Shown here: positions 8,674 through 18,641 of the stretch, piece after piece
Layout: each line of letters begins with the position of its first letter
Numbering within the stretch: the stretch's first letter is position 1
NCBI GenBank assembly: GCA_964474425.1
Contig: CAYYTC010000001.1
Span: forward strand, 26,481 to 90,480
Source of the DNA: an uncultured Acidobacteriota bacterium
GTDB taxonomy: Bacteria > Acidobacteriota > UBA6911
DNA: 64,000 nt
Direction: 5' to 3'
Program-made: the position numbers and the translations under genes
The notes under the pieces: model-generated
The model's input: only the letters and a program-made list of their open reading frames with translations
Databases searched by the model: none
What the model was told of the DNA's origin: nothing

Positions 8674-10183
8674 CATGCACAGGATACCGGTAGACGGCGA
8701 ATCACTGACTCTCGAGACGCTAGCGCGCGTGGCGCTCGACTTCGCAGAGGTGGAATTGAACGCCGAAGCCCGCCGGAGAGTCCTCGCAAGCCGGGCGGTC
8801 ATAGACCGCGCGCTGGACAGCAACCTCCCGGTCTATGGTGTGACTACGGGATTCGGCAAGCTCAGCGATGTCCGTATACCTCACGATGAAATCCGTCAGC
8901 TGCAGCTGAACCTGCTGCGCAGTCACGCATGCGGCGCGGGGGAGCCCCTATCGGAGCCCGAGGTCCGGGCGGCGATCCTGCTACGCGCCAATTCGCTCGC
9001 CAAGGGCTTCTCCGGCGTCCGGCCCGAAATCATCGAAATGTTGCTCGCCGTCCTGAACAACAGGCTTTGCCCGGTCGTCCCTTCGCGCGGATCCGTGGGC
9101 GCCAGCGGAGATCTCGTGCCGTCCGCCCACATGGCGCTGGCGTTGATCGGAGAAGGGGAATCTTTTTACCGCGGGGAACGGCTCCCCGGATCCGCAGCTT
9201 TGCAGCGCTCAAGGCTTTCCCCGCTCGAGCTGCAGGCAAAAGAAGGGCTTTCATTGCTCAACGGCACTCAGTTCATGACAGCCGTGGGCGGGCTGGTGAT
9301 CGAGCGCGCGCGCAGCCTCATGGACACGGCAGATGTAGCGGCGTCTCTTACACTGGAGGTTCTGCTTGGCAGCGTGGTCGCCGACGACTCGCGTATCCAC
9401 CAGGTGCGGCCGCACCCCGGCCAGCGCAAGACCGCAGCCAACATCACCCGTATGCTGCGCAACAGCGCCATCGTGGAATCACACCACGATTGCGGGCGCA
9501 TCCAGGATGCCTACTCGCTGCGCTGCGTCCCCCAGGTTCACGGCGCCGTGCGGGACGCGCTGGGCCATATCCGGGAGATACTCACCCGGGAGATGAACAG
9601 CGCGACCGATAATCCGCTGGTTTTCGCGGACGGAGGGGCGATCCTTGCGGGCGGCAATTTTCACGGCGCACCCGTGGGCTATGCGCTCGACTACGCGGCG
9701 CTGGTTCTGGCCGACCTGGCAAGCATCTCCGAACGGCGCCTGGAACGCCTGGTCAATCCCGATTTGAGCGGCATGCCCGCCTTCCTGAGCCCGAGCCCCG
9801 GATTATCCTCGGGTTACATGATGCTTCAGGTCATGGTCGCTTCCCTGGTGTCGGAGAACAAAATCCTGGCGCACCCCGCCTCTGTGGACAGCATCCCCAC
9901 ATCGGGCAACAAAGAGGATCACGTGAGCATGGGCATGACGGCGGCATTGAAACTGCGGTCCGTGGCCGACAACCTGGAAACCGTGCTGGCCGCGGAAATT
10001 CTCGCTGCCTGCCAGGGGGTGGAATTTCGCAAACCGCTGGAGCCGGGCGAAGGGACCCGGAAGGCCTATGCCCTCGTCCGCAAGGCTATAGAGCCCCTTG
10101 CGAATGACAGGGATTCCTCGGCCGACATCGAAATCCTGCGCCGGCTGATCCGCCGGGGCAGTTTTGCGGAATTGCTTGCCTGA
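8666..10183 (+). CDS. hutH: MIO-dependent ammonia-lyase, histidine ammonia-lyase family
   Basis: About 505 aa with the SVGASGDLVPSAHMA MIO-forming Ala-Ser-Gly motif. The start overlaps the upstream stop (ATGAATAG). An alternative ATG lies at 8675. Confidence 0.85.
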   Translation: MNSMHRIPVDGESLTLETLARVALDFAEVELNAEARRRVLASRAVIDRALDSNLPVYGVTTGFGKLSDVRIPHDEIRQLQLNLLRSHACGAGEPLSEPEVRAAILLRANSLAKGFSGVRPEIIEMLLAVLNNRLCPVVPSRGSVGASGDLVPSAHMALALIGEGESFYRGERLPGSAALQRSRLSPLELQAKEGLSLLNGTQFMTAVGGLVIERARSLMDTADVAASLTLEVLLGSVVADDSRIHQVRPHPGQRKTAANITRMLRNSAIVESHHDCGRIQDAYSLRCVPQVHGAVRDALGHIREILTREMNSATDNPLVFADGGAILAGGNFHGAPVGYALDYAALVLADLASISERRLERLVNPDLSGMPAFLSPSPGLSSGYMMLQVMVASLVSENKILAHPASVDSIPTSGNKEDHVSMGMTAALKLRSVADNLETVLAAEILAACQGVEFRKPLEPGEGTRKAYALVRKAIEPLANDRDSSADIEILRRLIRRGSFAELLA

Positions 10184-10306
10184 AACAACCCGTCCTTTTT
10201 ACAATCTCGACGATTCCAGGCCGCTGAGGCCAATTTTTTTCTCTAAGAAAATCTGCGCTGAAACGTTGTTGCGTATAGGGAAGCCGGAAAAGCGAATGAG
10301 GGCCGC

Positions 10307-10825
10307 ATGAAGACTCCTGACTCAAGCTGGATTCCATCCGTTCTGGCCGAATTCGAAAAACCGCTGATACGCTATGCGGCTCACATCACCGGAGACAGGG
10401 AAAAGGCGCGCGAAGTCGTACAGGACACCTTCCTGAAGCTTTGTCTCCAGAAGCCGGCTGAAATCCGGGATCATCTGACGCAATGGCTTTATACCGTCTG
10501 CCGCAACCGCGCGTTGGATGTGCTTCGAAAGGAAAGAAAGATGACCGCAATCAGCGATGCGCAGATGCACTCCCGCTCCGGACCGGAGTTCCCCTCCGCC
10601 CTGGAGAAAGAGGAGCAGCTCACAGAAGTGCTGAAGGTGCTCGACACTCTCCCCCCAAACCAGCAGGAGGTCCTGAGGTTGAAGTTCCAGGGCGACCTGA
10701 GTTATCTGGAGATCAGCCGGATCACGAATCTTTCGGTAAGCAATGTCGGCTTTCTTATCCACACCGGACTCAAAAGCATTCGGGAGAGAGTCCGGAACCG
10801 GCCGGCCATAAGGAGGGTGAAATGA
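10307..10825 (+). CDS. ECF sigma factor (second copy in the window)
   Basis: 172 aa. Region 2 (REVVQDTFLKL) and region 4 (LPPNQQEVLRLKFQGDLSYLEISRITNLSVSNV) motifs. Confidence 0.85.
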   Translation: MKTPDSSWIPSVLAEFEKPLIRYAAHITGDREKAREVVQDTFLKLCLQKPAEIRDHLTQWLYTVCRNRALDVLRKERKMTAISDAQMHSRSGPEFPSALEKEEQLTEVLKVLDTLPPNQQEVLRLKFQGDLSYLEISRITNLSVSNVGFLIHTGLKSIRERVRNRPAIRRVK

Positions 10826-13191
10826 AGATGGACGCCAATGATCCGCGATGGACCGCCTACGCTCTCGGCGAAATTGCGGACGAGAAGGAAAGGGCCGAAA
10901 TCGAGGGCATCCTGGCAGAATCCCCTGAAATGCGCCGGCTCGTGGAAGAGATCCGCGAGACTGCCGGATTGTTGAGGGAGGATCTGCGGGCAGAGCCCGT
11001 CCTTCCGCTGACCCAAGCCCAGCATGAAAAGATCGAATCCCGCGCGGGCGCCGGCAGAAGCTGGCTCATGCGGAAGCCGGTATGGATTTTGGCCGGCGCC
11101 GCTGCTGCTCTGTTGCTGGCTTTTTCAGTGATTGTCCGCCACCCGGGACGCCAGGAAACAGCTGAGCTGCGGCAGAAAAGTAATCCGGTGATGACGGCTG
11201 AAGTAAAAGAACCTGCCCGAATCCAGGATCTTTCCGGGCAACTCAGAGAAAAAGCGCCTTCGTCCGAGCCCGCACAGAGTGCAAGCGCCTCCATGGATGT
11301 CAAAACCAACGAGCGGCATACGCCGGATCCCGCAGTCTCCAAAGACCGAAACGAAACATCCGTTGCCCCGCAAGGGACAGGTGCCTCCGCAGAGATAGGC
11401 CGTAGGGCCGAAGCGGAGCGGGCGAAGGGTGAAGAATATAAAGCCAAAGCGGACGCCATGCTGGCAGCCGCGGTTCCGGCGCCTGAAGGGCAGAAGAAAC
11501 AGCCCGAGAATGTCATAGCGGGTGAACTGTCTGAAGAACGGAAATCGCTCCCGGAAGCCTTGACGGCGGCTGCGCAGACCTCGTCCGCGCAGCGGCAGCC
11601 TCCAGGTCCAAATGCTCCTTCCCAAACGCGCGTAAAAGGGCTTGCCGCGGGCGTCGTCGCCGGGTCCCTGATGAGCAGCGTCGGCGGGGCATCGGCGGGC
11701 GAATCGATGCCGCCGAGACCGCGAAGGCGTCCGTGGGACGGACCGCCTCCAACCCCTCGTCAGCGGGGTTCGTTTAACACCGAAACCTATGACTACATCA
11801 GTGACAATCCTTTCCTGGATGCGGCGCAGAATCCGCTGTCCACTTTCTCCATCGACGTGGACACCGCATCGTATTCGAACGTGCGCCGCTTCCTGGAAAG
11901 CGGAAAACTGCCTCCAAAGGACGCGGTTCGCGTTGAGGAGCTCGTGAACTATTTTGATTACGACTACAAAGGTCCCAAGGACGAGAAACCATTTGCGGTC
12001 GATTTTGAACTCACCGAAGCTCCCTGGAAACCGGAGCACAAGCTTCTGCGCATCGGATTGAAAGGGCGCGAAATAAGCCCCGGCAAGCGTCCGGCGGGCA
12101 ACCTGGTATTCCTGCTCGACGTATCCGGATCGATGGCCGACGAAAACAAGCTTCCGCTCGTGAAGGAATCGATGCGCCTGCTCGTGGACCAGCTGACGGA
12201 ATCGGACCGCGTGGCGATTGTCGTCTATGCCGGAGACACGAGCCTTATTCTGCCCTCCACCAGCGGCGACCAGAAGGAGAAGATTCGCCGGGCCATCGAC
12301 TGCCTGCGGGCCGGCGGCAGCACCAACGGCGCCTCCGGCATCCAGCTTGCCTACAAAACTGCCAGGGAAAATTTCATGAAAGGCGGAACAAACCGCGTGA
12401 TACTGGCGACCGACGGCGATTTCAATGTCGGCGTCTCCAACCGCGGAGATTTGACGCGCCTGATCGAGGACCAGACGAAAAGCGGAATCTATCTCAGCGC
12501 CCTGGGATTCGGGATGGGCAACTATAAGGACGCGACCCTGGAATTGCTGGCAAACAAGGGCCGCGGCAACTATGCCTACATCGACACTCTGCGCGAGGCA
12601 AAGAAGGTCCTGGTCGAGCAGATGAACGCAACCCTGATCACGATTGCCAAAGACGTTAAAATACAGGTCGAATTCAACCCGCGACGCGTGAGTTCCTACC
12701 GTCTGATTGGTTACGAAGACAGGATGATGCCCAAGGAGGATTTCAACGACGACGACAAAACAGCAGGCGCGGTAGGGGCCGGTCATTCGGTGACGGCCCT
12801 TTACGAGCTTGTTCCCGCAGCTGCGGCGGCTTCCGCGCCGAGCGTGGATCCTCTGAAGTATCAAAAGCCGGCCCAGCCCTCCGCCTCCGCGGAAAGTAAC
12901 GAAATCCTGACGGTAAAAATCCGCAGCAAGGAGCCGGAGAAAGACAAGAGTATTCTCTCCGAGTTCGCGGTCAAGGATTCGGCGGAGAAATTCAGCAGGG
13001 CTTCGCAGGATTTTAAATTTGCCGCGGCTGTGGCCGCTTTCGGAATGGTGCTGCGCGACTCCCCGCACAAAGGGAGCTCCAACCTGGAAAGCGTGCTGGA
13101 ATGGGCAAAGGAAGGGCGGGGAACCGACAGCCAGGGTTACCGCCAGGAATTCATCCGGCTGGTACACCGCGCCATTTCAATCTCTTTCTGA
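10822..13191 (+). CDS. membrane anti-sigma factor fused to a YfbK-like von Willebrand factor A domain
   Basis: The ATG at 10822 overlaps the sigma-factor stop (ATGA) in the frame of track ORF 10483... N-terminus: MKMDANDPRWTAYALGEIADEKERAEIEGIL, an anti-sigma N-terminal domain, then one TM helix. C-terminus: VWA with the MIDAS motif DVSGSM and a YfbK/DUF3520-type tail. Confidence 0.7.
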   Translation: MKMDANDPRWTAYALGEIADEKERAEIEGILAESPEMRRLVEEIRETAGLLREDLRAEPVLPLTQAQHEKIESRAGAGRSWLMRKPVWILAGAAAALLLAFSVIVRHPGRQETAELRQKSNPVMTAEVKEPARIQDLSGQLREKAPSSEPAQSASASMDVKTNERHTPDPAVSKDRNETSVAPQGTGASAEIGRRAEAERAKGEEYKAKADAMLAAAVPAPEGQKKQPENVIAGELSEERKSLPEALTAAAQTSSAQRQPPGPNAPSQTRVKGLAAGVVAGSLMSSVGGASAGESMPPRPRRRPWDGPPPTPRQRGSFNTETYDYISDNPFLDAAQNPLSTFSIDVDTASYSNVRRFLESGKLPPKDAVRVEELVNYFDYDYKGPKDEKPFAVDFELTEAPWKPEHKLLRIGLKGREISPGKRPAGNLVFLLDVSGSMADENKLPLVKESMRLLVDQLTESDRVAIVVYAGDTSLILPSTSGDQKEKIRRAIDCLRAGGSTNGASGIQLAYKTARENFMKGGTNRVILATDGDFNVGVSNRGDLTRLIEDQTKSGIYLSALGFGMGNYKDATLELLANKGRGNYAYIDTLREAKKVLVEQMNATLITIAKDVKIQVEFNPRRVSSYRLIGYEDRMMPKEDFNDDDKTAGAVGAGHSVTALYELVPAAAAASAPSVDPLKYQKPAQPSASAESNEILTVKIRSKEPEKDKSILSEFAVKDSAEKFSRASQDFKFAAAVAAFGMVLRDSPHKGSSNLESVLEWAKEGRGTDSQGYRQEFIRLVHRAISISF

Positions 13192-13197
13192 AACAAA

Positions 13198-13255
13198 AAA
13201 CAGCCACGAATAAAAGCGAAGGGGATTCGCCATTTTCGTGGCTGTTGTATTTTAT
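13198..13255. terminator. bidirectional rho-independent terminator hairpin
   Basis: aaaaaaCAGCCACGAAtaaaagcgaaggggattcgccattTTCGTGGCTGttgtatttt sits between the convergent VWA gene and aspS. Confidence 0.5.
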
Positions 13256-15018
13256 TCCACTATTTTTATGTGGAGCTCGCGCAGATGTTTGGTCGCAAGA
13301 TCCGACGGCGCATCGAACATGAGATCGGTGGCGCTGGCTGTTTTGGGGAACGCGATGACCTCGCGAATGTTCAGCTCGTCGGCCAGCAGCATTATCAGCC
13401 GGTCGAGTCCGGGAGCCATTCCGCCATGGGGCGGGGCGCCAAACTCGAAAGCGTCCAGCATGTGGCCGAAACGGCGCTGGATCTCCTCGTCGCCGTAGCC
13501 CAGGCACCTGAAAATTCTGGCCTGGACATCCCGGCGATGGATACGGATGCTGCCGCTGGCCAGCTCGTACCCGTTGCACACAAGATCGTAGGCATTGCTC
13601 ATGACGGATCCGGGATCGCTCTCGAGCCTGTCCAGGTCTTCTTCCTTGGGGCTGGTAAAGGGATGGTGCGCCGAATCCCAGGACTTCTCTTCCTCGTTCC
13701 ACTCGAACATGGGAAAATCGACAACCCATCCGAAGGCCAGCAGGTCCGGCGGGGCCAGTTTCAGACGGTCCCGGAATTCCAGGCGCAGCGCGCCCAGCGC
13801 TTTGCAGGCCGCGGCCGCCTTATCCGCGATGATGCAGGCAAGATCGCCCTCTTTCGCCTGCGTGAGACGCGATATTTCGGACGCCTCCTCCGGTTTGAGC
13901 GATTTCGCCACAGTCCCTTTGAGTCCCTCCGCGGTCCACGCCAGCGTCGCAAGATTTCTGGCGCCCGCCGCCCTCACAAATTCGGTCAGTATGTCCAGGT
14001 CCTTGCGTGAGTAAGAAGCGCAGCCGGGCGCGAGGATGCATTTGACGGCGCCGCCCGATTGAATCGTCTCGGCAAACAGCCTGAGATCGGACGCCCGCAC
14101 GGCATCGGTCAGATCGACGATGCCCATGCCGAAGCGCAGGTCCGGCTTGTCCGTTCCATAGCGGGCCATGGCTTCCTTATAGCTCATCCTGGGAAACGGG
14201 CTGAAAATGCGCTTGTGGGGCGTCACGACGGGAATCAGGCCTGTTACCAAGCCTTCGACCAGGTCCAGGACGTCGTCCCGCTCGACAAACGACATCTCGA
14301 GGTCCAGCTGGGTGAATTCAGGCTGGCGGTCTCCGCGCAGATCTTCGTCGCGCATGCAGCGGGCAATCTGAAAATATTTCTCATAGCCGGCCACCATCAG
14401 AAGCTGCTTGAGCTGCTGAGGGCTTTGCGGCAGTGCATAAAACTTGCCCTGCTGCACCCTGCTCGGAACCACATAATCGCGGGCACCTTCCGGGGTGGAC
14501 TTGATCAGCATCGGCGTCTCGATTTCCACAAACCCCTGTTGATCCAGATAATCGCGTATGAACTTGATCGTTTTGTGGCGCAGCATGAGGTTTTTCTGAA
14601 GCCGTGTCCGACGGAGATCCAGGTACCGGTATTTCAGCCGCGTCGTTTCATCTGTCTTATATCCGTCGTCGTCAATTGGCATCGGGACCGTTTTGGCGGT
14701 ATTGAGGATGGTGATCGCCTGCGCCAGGACCTCTATCTCGCCGCTCGCCAGGTTGGGATTGGTCTTTCCCTCAAGCCTCGGACGGACCGTCCCGGATACC
14801 TGGAGCACATATTCGCTCCTGGCTTTCTCGGCGACCGCAAAAGCTTCCCCCACCGTCGGATCTGCCGTTACCTGGATCAGGCCGGAGCGGTCGCGCAGGT
14901 CCATGAATATCAAATTGCCGTGGTCCCTTCTTCCCTGCAGCCAGCCGGCGAGGTTCACGCTCTTTCCGGCATCCGCCAATCGCAAATCCCCACAATTATG
15001 CGTTTTCAACATATGCAT
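13252..15018 (-). CDS. aspS: aspartate--tRNA ligase
   Basis: 588 aa. N-terminal anticodon-binding OB fold, then class II synthetase motifs (FMDLRDRSGLIQV..., GGAPPHGGMAPGLDRL). Confidence 0.95.
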   Translation of the reverse strand: MHMLKTHNCGDLRLADAGKSVNLAGWLQGRRDHGNLIFMDLRDRSGLIQVTADPTVGEAFAVAEKARSEYVLQVSGTVRPRLEGKTNPNLASGEIEVLAQAITILNTAKTVPMPIDDDGYKTDETTRLKYRYLDLRRTRLQKNLMLRHKTIKFIRDYLDQQGFVEIETPMLIKSTPEGARDYVVPSRVQQGKFYALPQSPQQLKQLLMVAGYEKYFQIARCMRDEDLRGDRQPEFTQLDLEMSFVERDDVLDLVEGLVTGLIPVVTPHKRIFSPFPRMSYKEAMARYGTDKPDLRFGMGIVDLTDAVRASDLRLFAETIQSGGAVKCILAPGCASYSRKDLDILTEFVRAAGARNLATLAWTAEGLKGTVAKSLKPEEASEISRLTQAKEGDLACIIADKAAAACKALGALRLEFRDRLKLAPPDLLAFGWVVDFPMFEWNEEEKSWDSAHHPFTSPKEEDLDRLESDPGSVMSNAYDLVCNGYELASGSIRIHRRDVQARIFRCLGYGDEEIQRRFGHMLDAFEFGAPPHGGMAPGLDRLIMLLADELNIREVIAFPKTASATDLMFDAPSDLATKHLRELHIKIVE

Positions 15019-15101
15019 GAATTCCGTTCCAAAGGTTGTTTCTCCGAAAAATTATTAGGATACATCAGAAACCGGCCGTTAACGGCACGAATTATGAATT
15101 T

Positions 15102-16319
15102 CTAAGGGAGCCGGTAGCGGGAAGCGACGTACTCTTCGAGCATTTCGATGAATTGCGGAATAATGTCATCCCCTTGCAGAATTGCCGCCAGCCGGCCGTC
15201 CGCATAAACGGGCGCTTTTGGATCTTCTCCGGCTCCCGGAAGAGAGATGCCCAGGTTTGCATGCCTGGATTCGCCGGGACCGTTTACCACGCAACCCATG
15301 ACGGCAATTTTGAGCTCTTCAATCCCCTTGAGGCGGACTCTCCAAACCGGCATCCGGTTCCTGATGTGGTTCTGGATCCGGTCCGCCATCTCCTGAAAAA
15401 AAGAGGATGAAGTGCGTCCGCAGCCCGGGCAGGCGGAAACCTGGGGCATAAAGCTCCGGATCTCGAGGGACTGAAGAATCTGCTGCGCTACAAGAACTTC
15501 CTCGGCGCGATCGCCTTTGGGCGCAGGAGTCAGCGAAACACGGATCGTGTCGCCTATCCCTTCCTGCAGCAATACGGCCAGCGCCGCCGTGGATGCGACG
15601 ATGCCCTTTGCCCCCATACCGGCTTCGGTCAGACCCAGGTGCAGCGGATAGGAGCAGCGTTTCGCGAGTGCGCGGTAAACTTCGATCAGGTCCTGGACGC
15701 CGGAGAGTTTTGCGCTCAGGATTATGTGATCGGCGCGCAAACCGTATTCCTCGGCCATGGCAGCCGATTCCAGGGCGCTCAGGCACATGGCCTCAATCAT
15801 CAAATCCCGGGCATCTTTGGGAGCCGCGCTCTTATTGTTGGCATCCATCAGGCGCGCGACAAGCTCCGGGTCGAGGGACCCCCAGTTCACGCCGATACGG
15901 ACGGGCTTGTCCTGCCCGACGGCAATATCGATAATCCGCCTGAAGTTTTCATCGCGCTTTTTGCCGACGCCCACGTTCCCCGGATTGATGCGGTATTTTG
16001 CCAGAATGCGCGCGCATTCCGGATATTTCGCCAGGAGAATGTGTCCGTTGTAGTGGAAATCCCCGATGATGGGGATGCGTATCCCCCGGTCCTCGACCCT
16101 TCGGGCTATCTCAGGAACAGCCTTTGCCGCTTCCGGGGTATTGACGGTGATGCGCACCAGTTCCGACCCGGCGGCGGCAAGCGCGGCAACCTGGCTCGCC
16201 GTGGCGGCGGCATCTTCGGTGTCGGTGTTGGTCATCGATTGCACGACGACCGGGGCGCCGGCTCCCACCGGAGTGCTGCCGACATTCACGCCCAGTGACA
16301 TTCGTCTCGGAAGAATCAT
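15102..16319 (-). CDS. ispG: 4-hydroxy-3-methylbut-2-enyl diphosphate synthase IspG (GcpE)
   Basis: GcpE signature, with C-terminal CPGCGRTS and GCVVNGPGE cluster ligands. The ATG at 16319 has an AAGGA ribosome-binding site. The track's longer version starts at a TTG at 16349. Confidence 0.9.
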   Translation of the reverse strand: MILPRRMSLGVNVGSTPVGAGAPVVVQSMTNTDTEDAAATASQVAALAAAGSELVRITVNTPEAAKAVPEIARRVEDRGIRIPIIGDFHYNGHILLAKYPECARILAKYRINPGNVGVGKKRDENFRRIIDIAVGQDKPVRIGVNWGSLDPELVARLMDANNKSAAPKDARDLMIEAMCLSALESAAMAEEYGLRADHIILSAKLSGVQDLIEVYRALAKRCSYPLHLGLTEAGMGAKGIVASTAALAVLLQEGIGDTIRVSLTPAPKGDRAEEVLVAQQILQSLEIRSFMPQVSACPGCGRTSSSFFQEMADRIQNHIRNRMPVWRVRLKGIEELKIAVMGCVVNGPGESRHANLGISLPGAGEDPKAPVYADGRLAAILQGDDIIPQFIEMLEEYVASRYRLP

Positions 16320-16517
16320 TCCTCGCGTCCTTTCGCTTAGCGGGCACAAGGCGTGAATTATACCAACAAACCGGGAGCCGGGATAACTCTGTCCGGCGGC
16401 AATATCTCCGGCTTTCCCGGAAACGCCGCCTCCGTTCCCGGCGCGGTTTGTTTTCAGGCTCTTTCCTATTCACAGATCCTATGGTAAAGATGAATCACTC
16501 ATCTAAAGGAAACAGCC

Positions 16518-17078
16518 ATGGAAGTCCAATGGGATAATCCAATGGATGCTTCGATCGAATCCATTCTGCTGGATTCCCGGACCATCCGAAGGCGCGTGCG
16601 CGAGTTGGGCGTTCAAATCACGCAGGACTACGGCGGGAAGACGCCGCACCTGGTCGCCGTCCTGAAAGGCGCCAGCATCTTTCACGCGGACCTCGTGCGG
16701 TCCATCGAGCTGGAGCTGTCCTACGATTTTATTGCGGCGGGCAGCTACGGGAACCAGACCCAGAGCAGCGGCGAGATTCATCTTCTGAAGGACGTGGACG
16801 AAAGGGTGGAAGGAAGGGATGTGATCCTGGTCGAGGATATCATCGACACCGGCCTGACGCTCCACTACATCGTGCAGAGCCTTCGGGCGCTCGGACCGAC
16901 GTCTCTAAAAGTTGCGGCGTTGCTCAACAAGCCCTCGAGACGCAAGATCCATGTGCCCGTGGAGTATATCGGATTCGACATCCCTGATGAATTCGTGGTC
17001 GGCTACGGCCTGGACTACGGCCAGCGCTATCGCAACCTTCCCGACATCTGTATCCTGCGCACGGGCGAAAACGCCTGA
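16518..17078 (+). CDS. hpt: hypoxanthine phosphoribosyltransferase
   Basis: 186 aa with the PRPP-binding motif VILVEDIIDTGLTL. Confidence 0.9.
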   Translation: MEVQWDNPMDASIESILLDSRTIRRRVRELGVQITQDYGGKTPHLVAVLKGASIFHADLVRSIELELSYDFIAAGSYGNQTQSSGEIHLLKDVDERVEGRDVILVEDIIDTGLTLHYIVQSLRALGPTSLKVAALLNKPSRRKIHVPVEYIGFDIPDEFVVGYGLDYGQRYRNLPDICILRTGENA

Positions 17079-17105
17079 AAAACCGGGCATATTCCTTCTA
17101 ATGAA

Positions 17106-18275
17106 TCAGCGCAGTTCGTTGAGGAATGACGTTCCGGCCGGCAGCCGCAGGCCGAAGTTTTCCGCGACGGTCTGCCCCATGTCCGCCAGTGAAGCCCGTG
17201 TCCCCAGATTCACGCCTCCGCGGAGCCGCTTGCCATAGACAAGAATGGGAACATACTCGCGGGTGTGGTCGGTCCCGCGAGCCGTGGGATCGCAGCCGTG
17301 GTCGGCGGTGAGTATGAGACAGTCGCCTTCGCGCATGCAGTTCTGGATCTCCGGAATCCGGCTGTCGCAGTATTCCATCGCAAGCGCATAGCCATGGCTG
17401 TCCCTGCGGTGGCCCCACAACATGTCGAAATCTCCCAAATTGACGAAGATGAGCCCCTCTGGAGCCGTTTCGAGGGCATGGATCGTCTGAGAAAGGGTCT
17501 CCGCATTATCATGAGATTCAAGATTTGCAGTTATGCCCCTGAAGTCAAAAATCGAGGCTATTTTGCCGACGCCGATCGAGGCCAAACCCCTATCCTTGAG
17601 GAGGTCCAGCAATGTCCTGGCGGGCGGAGGGACGGCGAAATCTTTCCGGTTTCCTGTGCGTGTGAAGCTTCCCGGCCGGCCGATAAAGGGCCGCGCAATG
17701 ACGCGTGCCGCACGGTCCGGACCGTCGAGCAGTTCGCGGGCAATTTTGCATATGCGGTAGAGTTCAGGGAGCGCAATAACCTGTTCGTGCGCGGCCACCT
17801 GGAATACGGAATCAGCCGAGGTGTATACGATGGGCTTCCCCGTCCGCATATGTTCCGCGCCCAGCTCCTGGATGATTTCCGTTCCCGAGGCCGGCATGTT
17901 GCCCAGCACATCCCGCCCGATGGAGCGCTTAAACGGCTCCAGGATATGGGATGGAAAACCTTCCGGGTAGGTGGGAAAGGGCTCCGGGGTGATCAGGCCT
18001 GCCAATTCCCAGTGCCCCACGGTAGTATCCTTGCCCCGTGAGGCTATGGCTGCTTTGCCGAAGGATCCCGCAGGTTCGGGGGAAGGCGGAAGGTTGGGCA
18101 ATGTACGTATATTGCCCAGGCCCAGTTTTTCGAGATTCGGGAGGCGCGGTTTTTCCGCAGCCAGCACATGGCCGAGCGTATCCACGCCGGCGTCCCCCCA
18201 ATCCGCAGCGTCGGGCATCTCCCCGATCCCTGCGCTGTCCAGCACCATCAGTATCATCCGCCCGAATTTTTCCAT
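17106..18275 (-). CDS. deoB: phosphopentomutase
   Basis: 389 aa. MILMVLDSAGIGEMPDA... metal-dependent alkaline-phosphatase-like fold of DeoB. Confidence 0.9.
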   Translation of the reverse strand: MEKFGRMILMVLDSAGIGEMPDAADWGDAGVDTLGHVLAAEKPRLPNLEKLGLGNIRTLPNLPPSPEPAGSFGKAAIASRGKDTTVGHWELAGLITPEPFPTYPEGFPSHILEPFKRSIGRDVLGNMPASGTEIIQELGAEHMRTGKPIVYTSADSVFQVAAHEQVIALPELYRICKIARELLDGPDRAARVIARPFIGRPGSFTRTGNRKDFAVPPPARTLLDLLKDRGLASIGVGKIASIFDFRGITANLESHDNAETLSQTIHALETAPEGLIFVNLGDFDMLWGHRRDSHGYALAMEYCDSRIPEIQNCMREGDCLILTADHGCDPTARGTDHTREYVPILVYGKRLRGGVNLGTRASLADMGQTVAENFGLRLPAGTSFLNELR

Positions 18276-18641
18276 AAGGCACCCGCTGTAGTGTAGCAGG
18301 GATTAGGGATTAGACCATAACGATACACAAAACGTGTCGTGAGGATCTTGGCTCCCGTGCCAATGAATCCTTTTTCTATCTTGATCCCAATAATGGCGGT
18401 TCGGCCGCAGTTCCGCCCTGACGAGTGAAATTCGCAAAGAATTGCTTATAAAAATCCGCTACAATAGGCGCATCTTCTTGGCAACTTGATTAACGCACTT
18501 CACGGATGGCGATGGTGGAAGGCGCGGGATGTACGTTTTCGCCGCATCTTAGCGATCAAGAAGGCAAAGAAGCCTGGAGCCGTGATCTTCTCTGCAATCC
18601 CGATTTGTTCAAAACCTGAAAGGTTTTCTTACAAGCTATCG

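Noticed and set aside
14059-15105. 348-aa plus-strand ORF
   Set aside because: Entirely antisense to aspS, with low-complexity composition. A high-GC shadow ORF.
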